Assembly (NCBI GenBank): GCA_048128005.1
Contig: JBEUKZ010000018.1
Coordinates: 248,001-312,000 of the forward strand
DNA length: 64,000 nucleotides
Direction of reading: 5' to 3'
From: Veleropilina oligotropha
Taxonomy: Eukaryota
The position numbers and the translations under genes are program-made. Of this stretch, positions 60,311-64,000 are shown piece after piece (position 1 is the first letter of the stretch; the number at the start of each line of letters is the position of its first letter). The notes beneath the pieces are model-generated. The model did not search any database. It had not been told where the DNA came from and saw only the letters and a list, made by a program, of their open reading frames with translations.

Positions 60311-60916
60311 TAAAACTACAACCACTGTAATTAGCTACTGCTGAAAAGACAGATATCACGATGTTGCACATTAGGTGGATTTCTTATGTATGGTTTAAAC
60401 CTATACTATAATATCTCCAGTTTGCACCTGGGGTAAACCATAGTTTACCCGCAAATTGCATTTCTCATCCTCAGACTGTAATAAACCTTGAATAAACCAA
60501 GAGTAAAATGTGACTGTACGATAAACCTGGTAGTTTATCACAACGGGAAGCATTGGGCAGTTCTGGCACGGATATCGTGTTTTGAGAATTAAAGTCATTT
60601 CAATCACTTTGTTACATATTAGATAGTGTTGCCGTTAGCATATGTATATTTTAAATATTATGTGCAATACGGTACTTCATTTTATATTATTTAAATTTAG
60701 TCATAAATATACAATTTATATGCAAAATATTTTGTAGTTTCTGAAACATCATTATCATGCGGATTTTCGATGTTCAAACACTTGCAAGGAATAATAATTA
60801 TGCTCTGCACTTTGAAATTGATATACAGTATTCTATGCCTGGTGTCGCATCCATCATCAGTGACCCATCGCTTCCTTTTCTGCTTTCCGAAATCCTTCTT
60901 GGACTTTATTTCAGAC

Positions 60917-61170
60917 GTGCCGTTTCGACAGCCGTGTGGCTGTGAACTCCCAAAATCGTAACGCGAACAGTAGTGGGTTCAAACCTCGGCAGTGACATCA
61001 CGCATTTGTTCAAGTTATGAATCACAGTTGTCCGTAACTAGCCGGAGAGGGCGGGTTTCCACGGGCGACCGAGATTTCCTCCGGCGTTAATAGGGACATA
61101 TCTTTGAACCAAATGATGGTTGGAAATATACAGGATATTAAGCATCGATCCTTTTCTTTCCTTTTTTTGT
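60917..61170 (+). mobile_element. tRNA-derived SINE copy
   Basis: Same head, core and tail as 34412-34685. Confidence 0.75.
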
Positions 61171-62209
61171 TTCCTAACCGAATCGGCACCGATTCGGTTT
61201 CGGTGGTGCTTTCGCACCGTACCATTGCTTTACTTCATTAAAACTACTGCAATATGGTTGATACATACAATAGTTGGGATGATGAGATGCTAGGATATGT
61301 GTTGCCGAGAAGGAGACGACGTGCAAGATATGTATGATGCACTAGATTAACTTGTAAAGGTGGAAAGTGGAAGAATTTAAACATCACTCCAGAGATCGTT
61401 GTTTTTACGTACTTTACGATGAGTGCAGACCTAACTTTGACGACAAATATTTACCCTCATATACGCGTTATACCCAATAATTTGGGTCACCGAATCAGAA
61501 AAAATATAAATTGAAATCATTCACCGAATTCGTTTCGTTTACGGCTTAATTTCGGGTGTATGTGTGAAAGCTGCAGTATATTTCTTTAGATTATATTTTT
61601 ATTCGGTTCAGCGTATGCGTGAAAACGGCCTTTTCATAGGTATTATAATTGTGACAAATCTCTCAAGGCTGATCATTATATTTTATAGCTGTCTTTTATA
61701 TGCTGCTTTTAATGACTCGGTGTGGGTTTTACGAATTTTGATGACTTTAATATTTTCATCCACCAACAATATAAAATTTGCTTGTTTCCTTAAAAGAAAA
61801 TTTTCTTGTCTTACTAATACAACATTGCGTATAACTTGCATTTAACATTTGTGGTATTTTACGAACTGTTTTCGATCGGTCATAAACCTTGCGTGCTATA
61901 TCGCCGAAATTGACAACGAAAGCGAGAACTTGGTTTGAATAACACGGCGATAATCAGCGCATGTGAAATGCGGTGCAGTTTATTTCAGACGAGGTTTGGG
62001 AGTCGGTTTTCATGGCCAAGGTTTAAACATGTAATAAACTTAGGTTTTCATGACCAAGTTATAAACCAGGTTTGTTGACATAAACCTAGTTTATATAAAC
62101 TTAACATAAGAAATCCACCCAATGTGTCTGTACTCTGTTTACAAATGCTTCATTGTATATACCATTTCATCCTTCTGCTATGTTTAGATAATTGTTTATT
62201 TTTCTTGTA

Positions 62210-62615
62210 GGGAGAGGGCGACTCCTTAATGTTGTAATGGGAGAGGGCGACTCCTTAATGTTGTAACTGGAGAGGGCGACTCCTTAATGTTGTAATGGGA
62301 GAGGGCGACTCCTTAATGTTGTAATGGGAGAGGGCGACTCCTTAATGTTGTAATGGGAGAGGGCGACTCCTTAATGTTGTAATGGGAGCGTGCGACTCCT
62401 TAATGTTGTAATGGGAGCGGGCGACTCCTTAATGTTGTAATGGGAGAGGGCGACTCCTTAATGTTGTAATGGGAGAGGGCGACTCCTTAATGTTGTAATG
62501 GGAGAGGGCGACTCCTTAATGTTGTAATGGGAGAGGGCGACTCCTTGATGTTGTAATGTGAGAGGGCGACTCCTTGATGTTGTAATGGGAGAGGGCGACT
62601 CCTTGATGTTGTAAT
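62210..62615. repeat. 29-bp minisatellite, ~14 copies
   Basis: Unit GGGAGAGGGCGACTCCTTAATGTTGTAAT. Confidence 0.95.
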
Positions 62616-62629
62616 AATTTTATGCCCAA

Positions 62630-63240
62630 TCCCACTGTTATTCACATTGAACAATAAATACATCTTAAAAAAAACAAAAACAAACAATGCAACCATAAAA
62701 TCAACCACCTCAGAGAAACTTCTTGTTGTGCATATTGATCAAAACATGTCTTGGAAAACACATATTGACCATACATGCTCTCTAATATCATCCCGCATTT
62801 CCTTGCTTAGACGAATAAAGAGGTATATATATTTCAGAAAACTATTTTATAATAGTTACATACTTCCTCTAATGGACTATTGCTGTACAGTTTGGGGTAA
62901 CTGTTCATTATCTCGTATTGAAATATTATAAAAAAGGCTGCTCGTGCTATACTGGATGCAGACTATGAAATCCCTAGTAAAGTGCTTCTATTAAATAGAG
63001 GAATTTTAATGTTCAAGTCTTAAATAATCTAGCTCCTTAATACTTGGCAGAGAAATTTCAGTATTACACTGATCAATCTGGCAGACAACTGAGGTCGGTG
63101 GCAGCTCGTACTCTCCCTAGCTCCGAACAGAAACTCTGAAAAGATCATTTCATTATTCAGGGGCTTCCATATGGAATAATCTTCCTGCCTCTATCAAAAC
63201 TTCAAAAAATCTTAATGACTATAAACGGCTATGCACAGAA
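62630..63240 (+). mobile_element. LINE ORF2 3' fragment (probable continuation of the 56812 LINE)
   Basis: EKLL.VHIDQNMSWKTHID, FYNSYILPLMDYCCTVWG, KAARAIL, SFHYSGASIWNNLP. Confidence 0.75.
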
Positions 63241-64000
63241 CATATAAAAAATCGATATAAAATGATGATATCGGAGACTGTAACATAGTCAGAGATGTAC
63301 ATATGTCTTTCTTAAAAATTACCAAAATGAGAAATTGTATTGAATGTAATTTATAAACATTCGCATGGATATTACTCACATTGCAACTATTATGTAATTT
63401 ATCAGTACTGCAATACATTCATGAAGTGTATGATATGCACATTATCGATTGGTAGAAGAGGTTTCAAACCTTCTAAGTTGGATATTTATGCATACATGTA
63501 CATTATATGTTATATACCTAAATAGTTAGTAATATGTGTTTGTGTCACATATGTATGTGCCATTTAATTAACTGTGTAGTTTATAGTAGATTGCTTATTA
63601 CTTTTATTTTAATATTCTTTGTTATGGAGGGATTCAGGGAAGATTGGTTCACTCTGAACTAACTGTACTCTCTCTGAAAATAAAGTATTTATTATTATAA
63701 TAATGTAGGCAAAATCAACCCCCCCTCCTCTGGCAGCCATCTTGTTTAAGGTAGATGCTAGATAAATCATCATATCATTGTCGTATGATGTCAAGAACAT
63801 TTTGATCTTAATTTGAAGCTTGTATGGCGAAGCGTTCTAACTCTACTGCCCAAAATCCCAAAACAGGAAGTGCGGCATAACATCCGTATCCGCGTACCTA
63901 TCCGGATTATCTTCGAAGGGAACATTGCCAAGGATGAAACCTATTTTGTGTTGAGTTTTGGAGGAAATCTGGTCAAAAGTTTGTTCAGATATGATGGCAT

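Overview
AT-rich, intron-containing animal genomic DNA. The repeat repertoire suggests a lophotrochozoan such as a mollusc (inference). There are two convergent host genes. On + is a PALS1/MPP5 (stardust) MAGUK gene (11 coding exons visible, 11559-22227, 5' end not found). On - is a complete TRNT1 CCA-adding enzyme gene (7 coding exons, 51348-30106). The first ~5.3 kb is a GC-rich, intronless, virus-like mobile element cut by the window edge. It carries the C-terminal part of a Polinton-type retroviral-like integrase, convergent with a 1278-aa ORF that fuses HeH/Rho-N, a degenerate family-B DNA polymerase, an SF1 (RecD/Pif1-like) helicase and a C-terminal Zn-HNH nuclease. It also has a small Zn-finger ORF and a putative 5'-AGCAGCAGC terminus. 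This is the best candidate for a little-described system. A TRNT1 intron holds a full-length decayed ISL2EU-type DNA transposon (THAP-DDE transposase plus SAP-YqaJ nuclease). The rest contains a decayed nested CR1/L2-like LINE, tRNA-derived SINEs with TSDs, MITEs, Helentron-like elements and many minisatellites. Several minisatellites are built from exon 3' ends plus 5' splice donors.
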